64,000 nucleotides of DNA, from positions 62,001-126,000 of the forward strand of contig NIVC01002314.1 in NCBI GenBank assembly GCA_002269645.1, given 5' to 3'. Position 1 is the stretch's first letter. Every line of letters starts with the position of its first letter. This document shows, in pieces, positions 36,501 through 48,129 of the stretch. This stretch comes from Macrostomum lignano (lineage: Eukaryota). A program made the position numbers and the translations under genes. Below the pieces are notes generated by a model. The model searched no databases and was not told the origin of the DNA. It saw nothing but the letters and a program-made list of their open reading frames with translations.

Positions 36501-37384
36501 TTCCAATGTTCCAACATGTGGAGTGCCAAAAAATTGAAAAGCTGCACTTTCTATGCCGAGAAATTCTGCTGATATTTCCTCTAATAATAGTCATCAAAGC
36601 ATCCATAGAAGATTTTGAAAGCCTGTTAAACTGCTAGAGCTTCATTTGATGATGATCCTGAGATGATCTGAGATGGGCCCGGGGTAGAAGCGGTCACCCA
36701 GTGCGCCTGAGCCGGGTGCAACCACCCCCCCCCCCAGATCTCAATTTTGGATGCGCACTTCCATACTTAGTTGGGCAAGGGCTTTAGTGCTTTCTATCTA
36801 CTCTAGGCACAATAGACGGGGCAAGTCGTTGCTATGACAACAGTCCAATAGATCACGTGAGAGAAGGGAGAGAGAGAAATCGAAATGTCATTTTTACACA
36901 GCTACTGTTTTCTACCCGGACAGGCCGCGGGGTTTTTGCATCCTCTAAGGGCGGATCGGGGGAGTCAGAGATGAGTCAGCGCTGAGTTGATGAGTTGTGA
37001 TTAGTTTGACCTTAAATAGTCAAGCTGCTCATTATTCAGTCTGAATAGCATATGATACTTTCGTATCCGGTATGTTGGGGCGGATCTCTTAAACTGACAA
37101 CTTCACATATTTTTGGAAGGCCCTTTTTGACGATAATATGTTATTCATGAGTCTAAAAACAAACCGCAATTAAATCAAACTCGATGAGCTCGTGCGCACG
37201 TCACTGGACGCGGGACACTGAAATGTCAATTGATGCAAGTTATTTTTTCGCTATTTTCAAAAGTAGAAACCGACCATTAAACACTTGCATGGCTTCAAGT
37301 TGATCTGTGGGAGAGTCAATTACAGGTATACGAGCTACTTAGACGTCAAGAATCAGCGAAGCGCCATGTGTAACTAAAAATAGC

Positions 37385-37452
37385 ATCGCCCAATCCCGAA
37401 GCGACCGAGTCTCAGCCAATCACGGCCGGTCCTGGGTCACTACTTATAGAGC
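37385..37452 (+). promoter_or_regulatory. Candidate core promoter of the SBK1-like gene
   Basis: CCCAATC at about 37390, AGCCAATC at about 37413 and a TATA-like CTTATAGA at about 37443, about 90 bp upstream of the ATG. AATAAA at about 38942 downstream of the ORF. Motif match only. Confidence 0.4.
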
Positions 37453-37533
37453 TCGAGTTCGGCAGTCCCCCTTCAGCGCAGTTTCGCTGGCTAAATCCTT
37501 AACAAACAGTCAGACTGCTTCGAATAATTCCCC

Positions 37534-38679
37534 ATGTCGTCATTGGTACCGAAGCCCAGCGCTTCGAGTCACGGCAGTACGCCGAGAACTTCGATCAACA
37601 CGGACAGCATCTTGTCCCAGATCGAGATGGAGCAGCACTACACGGTGAAGCAGGAGCTCGGCCGAGGCACCTACGGCAAGTGCGTATTAGTCACCTGCAA
37701 GGAGACTGGCAAGCAGCTCGTATTGAAACTGTTGGACAAGCGCACAACCCGGATGAAAGATTTTCTGCACGAGCTCAACACCAGCATCTTCCTGTCGGCG
37801 CATCCGAATGTCATCGACGCCTACAGCGTGGCATTCGAGACCGCAGATTATTATTCGTTCGCGCTTGAGTTCGCCCCACTCGGCGACCTGTTCGAGTTCA
37901 TTCAGCCGGGACGCGGACTGCCCGAGGCCACCGTCAAGCTGGTGATCGGCCAGATGGCCTCAGCGCTAGAGTTCATGCACTCGCAGAACATCTGCCATCG
38001 GGACTTGAAGCCGGAGAACATTGCCGTGTTCGAGCCGGACCTCAGCATAGTTAAGCTAGTGGACTTCGGCATGGCACGCAGCGCGGGAACTCTCTGCAAA
38101 AAAGTCGGCCCGTCGATTCCGTACACGCCGCCAGAGATTGCTCAAGCGGCCCGGAGCGAGACCTACCAGGTGCACACTGGCACGGACGTTTGGTCGTTTG
38201 GAGTGTTGATCTTCTGCGCTCTGACAGGCAGTTTCCCCTGGCAAGTGGCCAAAGAGACGGACAATAGCTACTACGAGTTCGTCCAGTGGCAGAAACGGAA
38301 GACGCTGAGAACGCCGACAAACTTCCGCGAGTTCGCGCCCAGTCTGCAGAAGCTGCTGCGGAAACTGTTGGAGCCGAAGCTGGCCAGGAGGGCGCCAATT
38401 ACGAAGGTGCGCAAGTATCTCAATGACGACTGGACGGTACTGATCGGCGGCAGGCAACCGCGCCTCATCGCAGTCGCTAACGAAGTCTCAGCAGGCGGTG
38501 ACGTCATCTGCGATCCGGACAACGAGGAGCTGGAACAGGCTCGCCTGGCCCGGATGCTGGAAAAGTTTGGCGTCAAAACCAAGGTGAACAAGCGAACCAA
38601 GGAGCAGCGCGTGTCCGACTGGGTGCACCACTCGTCACCGTCGGCCGATCTGCCGAGCGAGGAGAGCGACAACGACTAA
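37534..38679 (+). CDS. SBK1: Ser/Thr kinase, SH3-binding kinase 1 (SBK1/PKDC)-like, single exon
   Basis: 381 aa with LGRGTYGK, catalytic K, FETADYYSFALEFAPLGDLF, HRDLKPEN, DFGM, IPYTPPE and DVWSFGVLIFCALTGSFPW, close to the recalled SBK1 sequence. Confidence 0.9.
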   Translation: MSSLVPKPSASSHGSTPRTSINTDSILSQIEMEQHYTVKQELGRGTYGKCVLVTCKETGKQLVLKLLDKRTTRMKDFLHELNTSIFLSAHPNVIDAYSVAFETADYYSFALEFAPLGDLFEFIQPGRGLPEATVKLVIGQMASALEFMHSQNICHRDLKPENIAVFEPDLSIVKLVDFGMARSAGTLCKKVGPSIPYTPPEIAQAARSETYQVHTGTDVWSFGVLIFCALTGSFPWQVAKETDNSYYEFVQWQKRKTLRTPTNFREFAPSLQKLLRKLLEPKLARRAPITKVRKYLNDDWTVLIGGRQPRLIAVANEVSAGGDVICDPDNEELEQARLARMLEKFGVKTKVNKRTKEQRVSDWVHHSSPSADLPSEESDND

Positions 38680-39810
38680 ACTACTCATAGTAGTTAACAC
38701 CCCAGCGCCCCCTTATTAACTCCAGCTAATAATGATTCCCTACGCTCTAATGCTCTTTCTCGCACAAGACGTTTAAACAGTAATGCAAAGAAACAGGTTC
38801 ATAATTCGTTCACTTCCATTGTGTAGCTACTCGCATCATAAATCATGTACTCCCGTTTGTACAATCGAAATATTTTTTCCAACTGAAGCTACACAACATT
38901 ATTGACTTGCCACTTTGTTGCCTGCCTCAATTGTTCACGCGAATAAATTGAATTTTGACGAATTGAACTACATCTTACATAAATATAATTTGTAATAACG
39001 CCTACAGTGCAAAGCTGCGCTTGCCAAAATGTGAAGCTGTTTAAAAATTACAGAAAAATCCGTTTTTTAAGAATTTCTTTCGGTGTCTCGAACGATTTAT
39101 TATCGGGAAGAAAAGTAAGTTGAAGCCAGCTAGAGGAAAGTGCTTTCAGCCCGTCAGAACATCTGCTGTTCGAGCTCTCGAATTCTCCGAGCTCTCGTTT
39201 TTCGTCTTAGTCACAAGATTTTTCTTTTAAGACGCATCCGCGAGCCGGTAGTCTCAACTCAAATATTGGATTACCAAATAATCCACAGAGGATCTCTCCA
39301 AAAAAGGAGAGAGATTTGCGCAGATTTCTTATTTTTAGATTTTATGAGCACGGGAAAGAGTTCGTTTCCAAGAGTTGGCGTTCGTTTTCATTTCCTCATC
39401 TTAAAATCCAAAGAACGACGTTTTCTCTTGTCTTGAGTTCCACGCCCCCCACCGACTCAAAGACCTTTTTTATCTTTCGAACGCCCCCTCATTCTCGCCT
39501 CTGTCCAGCTTAAGCGATTTGTCATAAAAATTCAGCAATTTCTACGTGAAAGGAATATTTTTAAAAGTGAGAGAATTCGTCTTGTAGTCCAGAAGCAATG
39601 TCACGATTAGCATGTCTGACTCCGCCTCCAACGCCCCCACACTAAAGTACAAGGACGCTACACTCGCAGATCGTGCCAATCCTGCTGGAGGTCAGTTTTT
39701 GCAGCAAAATTTATTAGCAAGATGGATATTTTAGCACTAAATTCCCACGACCTCACCTTCTGGAATTGTCAATTGTTCTTAAGCAGGCATGTGTTCCTTT
39801 CGAGTTTGAT

Positions 39811-40478
39811 TCACAAGTTTATCAACTGAGATTGATTCACAAGTTTATCAACCGAGATTGATTCACAAGTTTATCAACCGAGATTGATTCACAAGTTTAT
39901 CAACCGTGATTGATTCACAAGTTTATCAACCGTGATTGATTCACAAGTTTATCAACCGAGATTGATTCACAAGTTTATCAACCGAGATTGATTCACAAGT
40001 TTATCAACCGAGATTGATTCACAAGTTTATCAACCGAGATTTATTCACAAGTTTATAAACCGTGATTGATTCACAAGTTTATCGACCGAGATTGATTCAC
40101 AAGTTTATCGACCGAGATTGATTCACAAGTTGATCAACCGAGATTGATTCAAAAGTTTATCAACCGAGATTGATTCACAAGTTTATCAACCGAGATTGAT
40201 TCACAAGTTTATCAACCGAGATTGATTCACAAGTTTATCAACCGAGATTGATTCACAAGTTTATCAACCGAGATTGATTCACAAGTTTATTAACCGTGAT
40301 TGATTCACAAGTTTATTAACCGTGATTGATTCACAAGTTTATTAACCGTGATTGATTCACAAGTTTATTAACCGTGATTGATTCACAAGTTTATTAACCG
40401 AGATTGATTCACAAGTTTATTAACCGTGATTGATTCACAATTTTATTAACCGTGATTGATTCACAGGTTTATCAACCT
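39811..40478. repeat. 26-bp minisatellite GATTGATTCACAAGTTTATCAACCGA
   Basis: About 25 copies; one variant (TTAACCGT) is clustered at the right end. Confidence 0.95.
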
Positions 40479-41321
40479 AATCGGATATTTATTATCTACG
40501 AGTATTAGTGCTTTTTACAACCTCCTATATCTCGGCTGATGTTTTTGCAGCAAAATTCACAGGGAATTTGGAATTGTAACCTTCGACTAGATAGCAAATC
40601 AAGCAAAAAATGGCTACAGAGGGAGGCGGGATATTTTCAGACTTTGGATGGATAATTTGATCTGTTGTTGATTGATGCAGAATAACATACTCGTAGATGA
40701 TGCAAGCTCGCATTCACTGGAACAGTCCATGACCTCATTGACGGGCAAATGATGTGGGGTATACATGCAATCGGAAAATATTGAAAGTACAACAAGACAG
40801 AAAAGAACAAGCCTCGCGAGTTGGTCGGTCGATTTCTCCTAACGCAATTAGACTGGGGAGCTGGAAGGAGCAGGCGGTCCTTCGCTCACACAAAAGCGTT
40901 TTCCCGACTAACTTGGCAACGTGTCTTTGCGCCCCAAGCTAAATATAGACTAGCACGGCTGCTAATGCCGTCAGCGAAGATCTTCGGGTCACACAGCATG
41001 ACTGACTTTGAACCTTTTCTCTCCAGAAGGGCCAGAGGAGCTGCCCCATGCCAGTCTCGATGGGGTCACGGTCCTGGCAGTAAGATCTAAATATAGCTCG
41101 TGGGCCTGCAGGTCCTGCGCCACCCCAGTTCATCGCACGCTTGCAAGTAGGAAAAGGAATCAATAAAATTCCCATTTGAATCATTCGCTTCAATGAGCAA
41201 GATGCTGCAGGAAAGGGAATCTGTGGATTGACGAACTAGCGAGACACAGAGTACTAAAGAATGTGCAGACACTTCCCAGTAGAACGCTAAATGTTAGAAG
41301 GCATGTGTCAGTGGGCCGTAA

Positions 41322-44083
41322 ATTGTGTCAGTTACAGCAAAAACAGGGGTGTCTCAGTGGCTGTAAATATTGTGTCAACTACTGCAAAAACAGGGGTGTC
41401 TCAGTGGCTGTAAATATTGTGTCAACTACTGCAAAACACAGGTGTCTCAGTGGCTGTAAATATTGTGTCAGCTACAGCAGAAACAGGTGTCTCAGTGGCT
41501 GTAAATATTGTGTCAGCTACAGCAAAAACAGGGGTGTCTCAGTGGCTGTAAGTATTGTGTCAGCTACTGCAAAACACAGGTGTCTCAGTGGCTGTAAGTA
41601 TTGTGTCAGCTACTGCAAAACACAGGTGTCTCAGTGGCTGTAAGTATTGTGTCAGCTACTGCAGAAACAGGTGTCTCAGTGGCTGTAAATATTGTGTCAG
41701 CTACAGCAGAAACAGGTGTCTCAGTGGCTGTAAATATTGTGTCAGCTACTGCAAAACACATGAGTGTCTCAGTGGCTGTAAGTATTGTGTCAGCTACTGC
41801 AAAACACAGGTGTCTCAGTGGCTGTAAGTATTGTGTCAGCTACTGCAAAACACAGGTGTCTCAGTGGCTGTAAATATTGTGTCAGCTACTGCAAAACACA
41901 GGTGTCTCAGTGGCTGTAAATATTGTGTCAGCTACTGCAAAACACAGGTGTCTCAGTGGCTGTAAATATTGTGTCAGCTACTGCAAAACACAGGTGTCTC
42001 AGTGGCTGTAAGTATTGTGTCAGCTACTGCAAAACACAGGTGTCTCAGTGGCTGTAAGTATTGTGTCAGCTACTGCAAAACACAGGTGTCTCAGTGGCTG
42101 TAAATATTGTGTCAGCTACTGCAAAACACAGGGGTTTCTCAGTGGCTGTAAGTATTGTGTCAGCTACTGCAAAACACAGGGGTGTCTCAGTGGCTGTAAG
42201 TATTGTGTCAGCTACTGCAAAACACAGGGGTGTCTCAGTGGCTGTAAATATTGTGTCAGCTACTGCAAAACACAGGGGTGTCTCAGTGGCTGTAAATATT
42301 GTGTCAGCTACTGCAAAACACAGGTGTCTCAGTGGCTGTAAATATTGTGTCAGCTACTGCAAAACACATGAGTGTCTCAGTGGCTGTAAGTATTGTGTCA
42401 GCTACTGCAAAACACAGGAGTGTCTCAGTGGCTGTAAGTATTGTGTCAGCTACTGCAAAACACAGGTGTCTCAGTGGCTGTAAGTATTGTGTCAGCTACT
42501 GCAAAACACAGGTGTCTCAGTGGCTGTAAGTATTGTGTCAGCTACAGCAGAAACAGGTGTCTCAGTGGCTGTAAGTATTGTGTCAGCTACTGCAAAACAC
42601 ATGAGTGTCTCAGTGGCTGTAAGTATTGTGTCAGCTACAGCAGAAACAGGTGTCTCAGTGGCTGTAAATATTGTGTCAGCTACAGCAGAAACAGGTGTCT
42701 CAGTGGCTGTAAATATTGTGTCAGCTACTGCAAAACACATGAGTGTCTCAGTGGCTGTAAGTATTGTGTCAGCTACAGCAGAAACAGGTGTCTCAGTGGC
42801 TGTAAATATTGTGTCAGCTACAGCAGAAACAGGTGTCTCAGTGGCTGTAAATATTGTGTCAGCTACTGCAAAACACATGAGTGTCTCAGTGGCTGTAAGT
42901 ATTGTGTCAGCTACAGCAGAAACAGGTGTCTCAGTGGCTGTAAATATTGTGTCAGCTACAGCAGAAACAGGTGTCTCAGTGGCTGTAAATATTGTGTCAG
43001 CTACTGCAAAACACAGGGGTGTCTCAGTGGCTGTAAATATTGTGTCAGCTACTGCAAAACACAGGTGTCTCAGTGGCTGTAAATATTGTGTCAGCTACTG
43101 CAAAACACATGAGTGTCTCAGTGGCTGTAAGTATTGTGTCAGCTACTGCAAAACACAGGAGTGTCTCAGTGGCTGTAAGTATTGTGTCAGCTACTGCAAA
43201 ACACAGGTGTCTCAGTGGCTGTAAGTATTGTGTCAGCTACTGCAAAACACAGGTGTCTCAGTGGCTGTAAGTATTGTGTCAGCTACAGCAGAAACAGGTG
43301 TCTCAGTGGCTGTAAGTATTGTGTCAGCTACTGCAAAACACATGAGTGTCTCAGTGGCTGTAAGTATTGTGTCAGCTACAGCAGAAACAGGTGTCTCAGT
43401 GGCTGTAAATATTGTGTCAGCTACAGCAGAAACAGGTGTCTCAGTGGCTGTAAATATTGTGTCAGCTACTGCAAAACACATGAGTGTCTCAGTGGCTGTA
43501 AGTATTGTGTCAGCTACAGCAGAAACAGGTGTCTCAGTGGCTGTAAATATTGTGTCAGCTACAGCAGAAACAGGTGTCTCAGTGGCTGTAAATATTGTGT
43601 CAGCTACTGCAAAACACATGAGTGTCTCAGTGGCTGTAAGTATTGTGTCAGCTACAGCAGAAACAGGTGTCTCAGTGGCTGTAAATATTGTGTCAGCTAC
43701 AGCAGAAACAGGTGTCTCAGTGGCTGTAAATATTGTGTCAGCTACTGCAAAACACAGGTGTCTCAGTGGCTGTAAATATTGTGTCAGCTACAGCAGAAAC
43801 AGGTGTCTCAGTGGCTGTAAATATTGTGTCAGCTACAGCAGAAACAGGTGTCTCAGTGGCTGTAAGTATTGTGTCAGCTACAGCAGAAACAGGTGTCTCA
43901 GTGGCTGTAAGTATTGTGTCAGCTACAGCAGAAACAGGTGTCTCAGTGGCTGTAAGTATTGTGTCAGCTACAGCAGAAACAGGTGTCTCAGTGGCTGTAA
44001 ATATTGTGTCAGCTACTGCAAAACACAGGGGTGTCTCAGTGGCTGTAAATATTGTGTCAGCTAGTGCAAAAACGGGTGTCAGG
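41322..44083. repeat. 45/46/48-bp satellite with nested higher-order repeats
   Basis: Unit GTGTCTCAGTGGCTGTAARTATTGTGTCAGCTACTGCAAAACACAG, with a 138-bp trimer and a 741-bp duplication. Confidence 0.97.
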
Positions 44084-44680
44084 TGAGCAGTTCAAATCCA
44101 CTGAACTAATAAGTAATAAATCGGTCCTATAGAATAGCAAGGAGGGAAAACAATGATGATTATACTTTCTATACAAACAGAATGGCCGTTACAAAAACAC
44201 TGACGTTGTCACGAAGCAGCTAAACTGATTGGCAGCAACAGGTGGCTTATGAGCATAGCCAAGTGTTTATAATCAGTGCCATCTGCCAGCTCAGATGGTG
44301 AATGCGGGTTTAAGCGGGTTCAATATGAGGTTAGGGGCGGTGTTATTTTTCAAAAATTACTATTTACAGACAAAATGAATTGACCATTGTGACGCCTTTT
44401 TGCCTACATTTCTTTGCTCACAAAGAAGTTTATTGTGACATTCAGACACACGAATAATTATGATATCAATAACCAAATGCATGCCTCAAAAGGTCTAATA
44501 TAAAAGGTTCTTGAATATACTACCAGTTGAATCGATTTCTTAAACTTGCTTAAACCCACTAGAGAGTGTAATGCATTAACTTTATTCTTTAAATATGGTC
44601 ATATTAGAGGCTAATATAATGCAGAACTTCCTTAATACCAATTTAAACGCCCACACACCGGCTCTAAAGTATTATATTTC

Positions 44681-45052
44681 TCAATGAAAGGCTTTGAGCT
44701 CCCATTTAGACCTTGTGTCTTCGCAAGGGTGCTTCCAGCTCAAATGTATTAAGCGGCTACCGCCTATTGAATAGTCACTTTCCAAATAGAGTGTATATAG
44801 CTGGCCATGAGTAACACAGAGAGCACTGAAGCGCTCTGAAGAGTACTGGATCTGGGAAGAGACGATCTCAAAGTTCCCCATTTCAAGACAGCTGAGCACG
44901 GCCTTCTGACTCTCGTGCTCACTGCAGACAGATTTTTTTCTATACCATTTAAGCGCCATTACTTTTTCTCCATTTTCTGCCGTGCTCCCCCACACCGCAA
45001 CCCGCCCACGCAGTAACTTATTAGACATTTCACTCGTTGTATTGAAATTCAT
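44681..45052 (-). CDS. Candidate small single-exon protein (123 aa), unassigned
   Basis: ATG-started, non-repetitive ORF with globular-looking composition. No motif confidently recognised. Confidence 0.25.
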   Translation of the reverse strand: MNFNTTSEMSNKLLRGRVAVWGSTAENGEKVMALKWYRKKSVCSEHESQKAVLSCLEMGNFEIVSSQIQYSSERFSALCVTHGQLYTLYLESDYSIGGSRLIHLSWKHPCEDTRSKWELKAFH

Positions 45053-45135
45053 ATATTACGAGCGTACGCGCTAATTTACTCGAAACTCCTGAGAGGTGCC
45101 TTCGACTCAAATTGATTTAATTCCAAGCAGTCATA

Positions 45136-45460
45136 GTCGAGCAGCTTAGTGGTTTAGGGCATCACACTATCGTTTCGATTCCCTGCTCAACTGCATTAAT
45201 TTGAGGCCCTAAAACTCGCCTGGGGGGTTTTCGTGTGATTCACCACCCGTGAAGGCCAACCCCCAAGGCACAGACAGTGTACAAATTTTTGACGATTAGA
45301 AAGTTAGGGCCGCTGTACACTCCTGTGTGAGTGCGTGCCTGTGCGTATGACTGCGTACGCATCCGCGCGCATGTGTGCCTGCTCAGGGGAGTCGGCGGAA
45401 TGGGCAGCAATGCCTCTCGCGGGTTGTGTGACAGTGTCGCTTAAAGTCCCTACCAAAAAA
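45136..45460 (+). mobile_element. tRNA-derived SINE sharing its 3' domain with 23462-23822
   Basis: A box CAGCTTAGTGG and B box GTTTCGATTCC. A domain of about 140 bp (TTAGGGCCGCTGTA...GTCGCTTAAAG) aligns to the other copy. A-rich end; no TSD found. Confidence 0.8.
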
Positions 45461-45950
45461 GGTTGACCACGTATCAAATACTTAAAAAATTATTCGTATG
45501 TTTTGAGTAAGATGCGTTTTACAGTAAGACGTTTTACAACAATAAATTTCCAACATTTCCAACTAATAGATAGCTAGAAATCAAGAGCTGGTTTAGAACT
45601 CAATCATTGCATGTGATACGAAAAAAGCTACAAGAAGTATGGGAGAGAGACGCGAAGCCCCTATCGCTATTCTCTCATGGAGCCCGCTATAGGCCATTGT
45701 CGTAGCCCATAACTACCAGTATCAAAGCCTGTGTCAACTCCCAGCTCCCATGCCCGTATCGCTATAGGAAGTTTGTCGTATAGTCCAGGAGCTGCATTCC
45801 CCTAAAAGCTCTGTAACCAATGGCAACAAAACCTAAACTCCTCTTCTCCGGAAAAATAGAGCGCCTGCGCTCCTGAGAGGGAGTCCCAGGAACTCTCAGA
45901 AGATTTCCTACTCAGCTAAAAAAGTGTTGCATCCTATCCCAAGCATACCC

Positions 45951-46550
45951 ATGCATCTGACTGTGCTGTCTGCGATCTGGTCCGCAGTTTTCTTGCTGAC
46001 GATCGGCCCGGTGATGACTGACCAGAACTGCCCAGCTCCGTTCCAGCTGCACTCAGCCACACAGCTGTGCCTGCTCATCGAGTCCAGCGAGAGCTACAGC
46101 TGGTGCTCCGCCAACCGAAGGTGCGATGAGCTGGGCGGAGAACTTATCAGCTCGCCGGAGTCCATCGTTGCGCTGCTTGCCTCGAATCTGGCTGACAACA
46201 TCACGGTTGACATGTGGACTGGACTCACCGATCTGGGCTACGAGGTTGGAAAGAACAGGACAGGCTGGCAGAGAGTCAACGGCGATGGCGAGTTTCCTAG
46301 AAATGACTCGCTCTGGTATGGTAGTGAGCCGAACGACGGCTTTCAGCAGAACTGCATTCGTTTTATCGGACACGTACCAAGTAAGGGATTCGGCGACAGA
46401 GAATGCAGCCATTTGCTCGGCTTCGTCTGCCAGTTCATGGAGCCGCCTGCCGCCACCAAATCGGCCGGCTACTGGACTCCAGCTGAGTTCAAGAGAACCC
46501 GGAACGACACGTACTACTGCCACGAGGAGCTGCACCGGTGGACTCGCTGA
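45951..46550 (+). CDS. Secreted C-type lectin domain protein (EPND motif)
   Basis: Hydrophobic signal peptide, then CP..F..C, WCSANRRC..LGGEL, MWTGL, W..SEPND..NC and C..LLGFVCQ, the CTLD cysteine pattern. Confidence 0.88.
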   Translation: MHLTVLSAIWSAVFLLTIGPVMTDQNCPAPFQLHSATQLCLLIESSESYSWCSANRRCDELGGELISSPESIVALLASNLADNITVDMWTGLTDLGYEVGKNRTGWQRVNGDGEFPRNDSLWYGSEPNDGFQQNCIRFIGHVPSKGFGDRECSHLLGFVCQFMEPPAATKSAGYWTPAEFKRTRNDTYYCHEELHRWTR

Positions 46551-46683
46551 AAGCCTGCCTGATCAGAGCCTCCCTCTGTACAACAGCTGGCTGGCCGCCT
46601 GCCGCCTGCTGCAGTTCGCCGACGCTCCGGTCGACTCGGAAATCGAGAGCAGCCCGAACTGGGTCAAGCTGGTCAGGGGCTGA
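46530..46683 (+). pseudogene. Frameshifted C-terminal (PAN/apple-like) tail of the lectin gene
   Basis: YCHEEL continues as VDSLKACLIR in a second frame and as LYNSWLAACRLLQFADA...NWVKLVRG* in a third. Domain assignment is tentative. Confidence 0.5.
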
Positions 46684-47271
46684 GTGGGTCAGGCTAGTCA
46701 GGGGCTGAGTGGGTCAGGCTGGTCAGGGGCTGAGTGGGTCAAGCTGGTCAGGGGCTGAGTGGGTCAGGCTGGTCAGGGGCTGAGTGGGTCAAGCTGGTCA
46801 GGGGCTGAGTGGGTCAAGCTGGTCAGGGGCTGAGTGGGTCAGGCTGGTCAGGGCTGAGTGGGTCAAGCTGGTCAGGGTGTGAGTGGGTCAAGCTGGTCAG
46901 GGGCTGAGTGGGTCAAGCTGGTCAGGGGCTGAGTGGGTCAGGCTGGTCAGGGCTGAGTGGGTCAAGCTGGTCAGGGTGTGAGTGGGTCAAGCTGGTCAGG
47001 GGCTGAGTGGGTCAAGCTGGTCAGGGGCTGAGTGGGTCAGGCTGGTCAGGGCTGAGTGGGTCAAGCTGGTCAGGGGCTGAGTGGGTCAGGCTGGTCAGGG
47101 GCTGAGTGGGTCAAGCTGGTCAGGGGCTGAGTGGGTCAGGCTGGTCAGGGGCTGAGTGGGTCAAGCTGGTCAGGGGCTGAGTGGGTCAGGCTGGTCAGGG
47201 GCTGAGTGGGTCAAGCTGGTCAGGGCTGAGTGGGTCAAGCTGGTTAGGGCTGAGTGGGTCAAGCTGGTCAG
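46659..47271 (+). repeat. 25-bp minisatellite GTGGGTCAAGCTGGTCAGGGGCTGA
   Basis: About 24 copies; the first unit is the final codons plus stop of the lectin tail. Confidence 0.95.
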
Positions 47272-48129
47272 AATCTGAGAGTTGGTTCGATATTTTACTT
47301 TTTTAGATACGAGGTGTTAAAGGAGACACTTTTTGACAAAAATGAAAATTAGAAAGAATCTTACTTAACCGATCTTCAGAAAAGTACACGCTTTTTATTG
47401 TAAACCTTGTTAAACTATTTTGAATCAAGTGCAGACAATGTATTTCATTTGCTGATCTTAAGTTCAATTGCTATAATATGCCGGAAAAACTACAAACGCC
47501 GCTAATAAACTTTGAAACTAAACCGAAGAAGTTTTAATAAAACTGCTCTATCAACTATATTTATCGTTGACCTTGACTAATTGCTCAAGGACACCAAGAT
47601 GCTCCTACATTCATTTCTTTCATTTTCTTTTTTGAGTTTGAAGTCAATTTGAAAAAAAAAGGAAGTTGAGAGAAGAGCGGTAAACTTCAAAGGACGACTT
47701 TGAAAAGTGCCGCGCTTTTGCAAGTCAATAGATCAAAAATCGATGGACTACCCTCTCTCTGACGTTGCATCAGTACACTGACTATTCTAGTGCGGTGAAC
47801 TTCAATGAACTCACCTGACTTGACTGTTCAATTATCCTACAGCTAGGTTTTTGAAATTCATAATATTCTTCTATTATTAGTGTTGCAAGCAGGAAATTAA
47901 CCAAACAATGGTTATTGATTACCGAAGGGCTGAATGTTTTCAGTTTACAAACAGCCGATGAGTGAATTTTGCGTCTAATTTAATAAAATTGATCACAATT
48001 TCTGTTCTATTTTGTTAGAAGGCAGTTCTTCTCAGCGCGATCTAGTTTTAAAGTTCAACAGTCTCCATGCCTTCCAGTTTAAAATCTCGAATCTCGCAAC
48101 ATGCGTACGCTTGTACATGCAGACTATGT

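Noticed and set aside
37902-38672. Minus-strand ORFs over the kinase; similar overlapping ORFs at the GPCR, lectin, FBXO4, RPLP2 and FNIP
   Set aside because: They are shadow ORFs of GC-rich coding sequence.
40525-40713. MRACIIYEY start resembling a mariner HTH N-terminus
   Set aside because: No downstream DDD/DDE motifs or TIRs; the similarity is too short.
41263-44086. Cys-rich repeat ORFs (CLSGCKYCVSYC) resembling metallothionein or keratin-associated proteins
   Set aside because: These are translations of the 45-48-bp satellite, and the frame shifts with each unit length.
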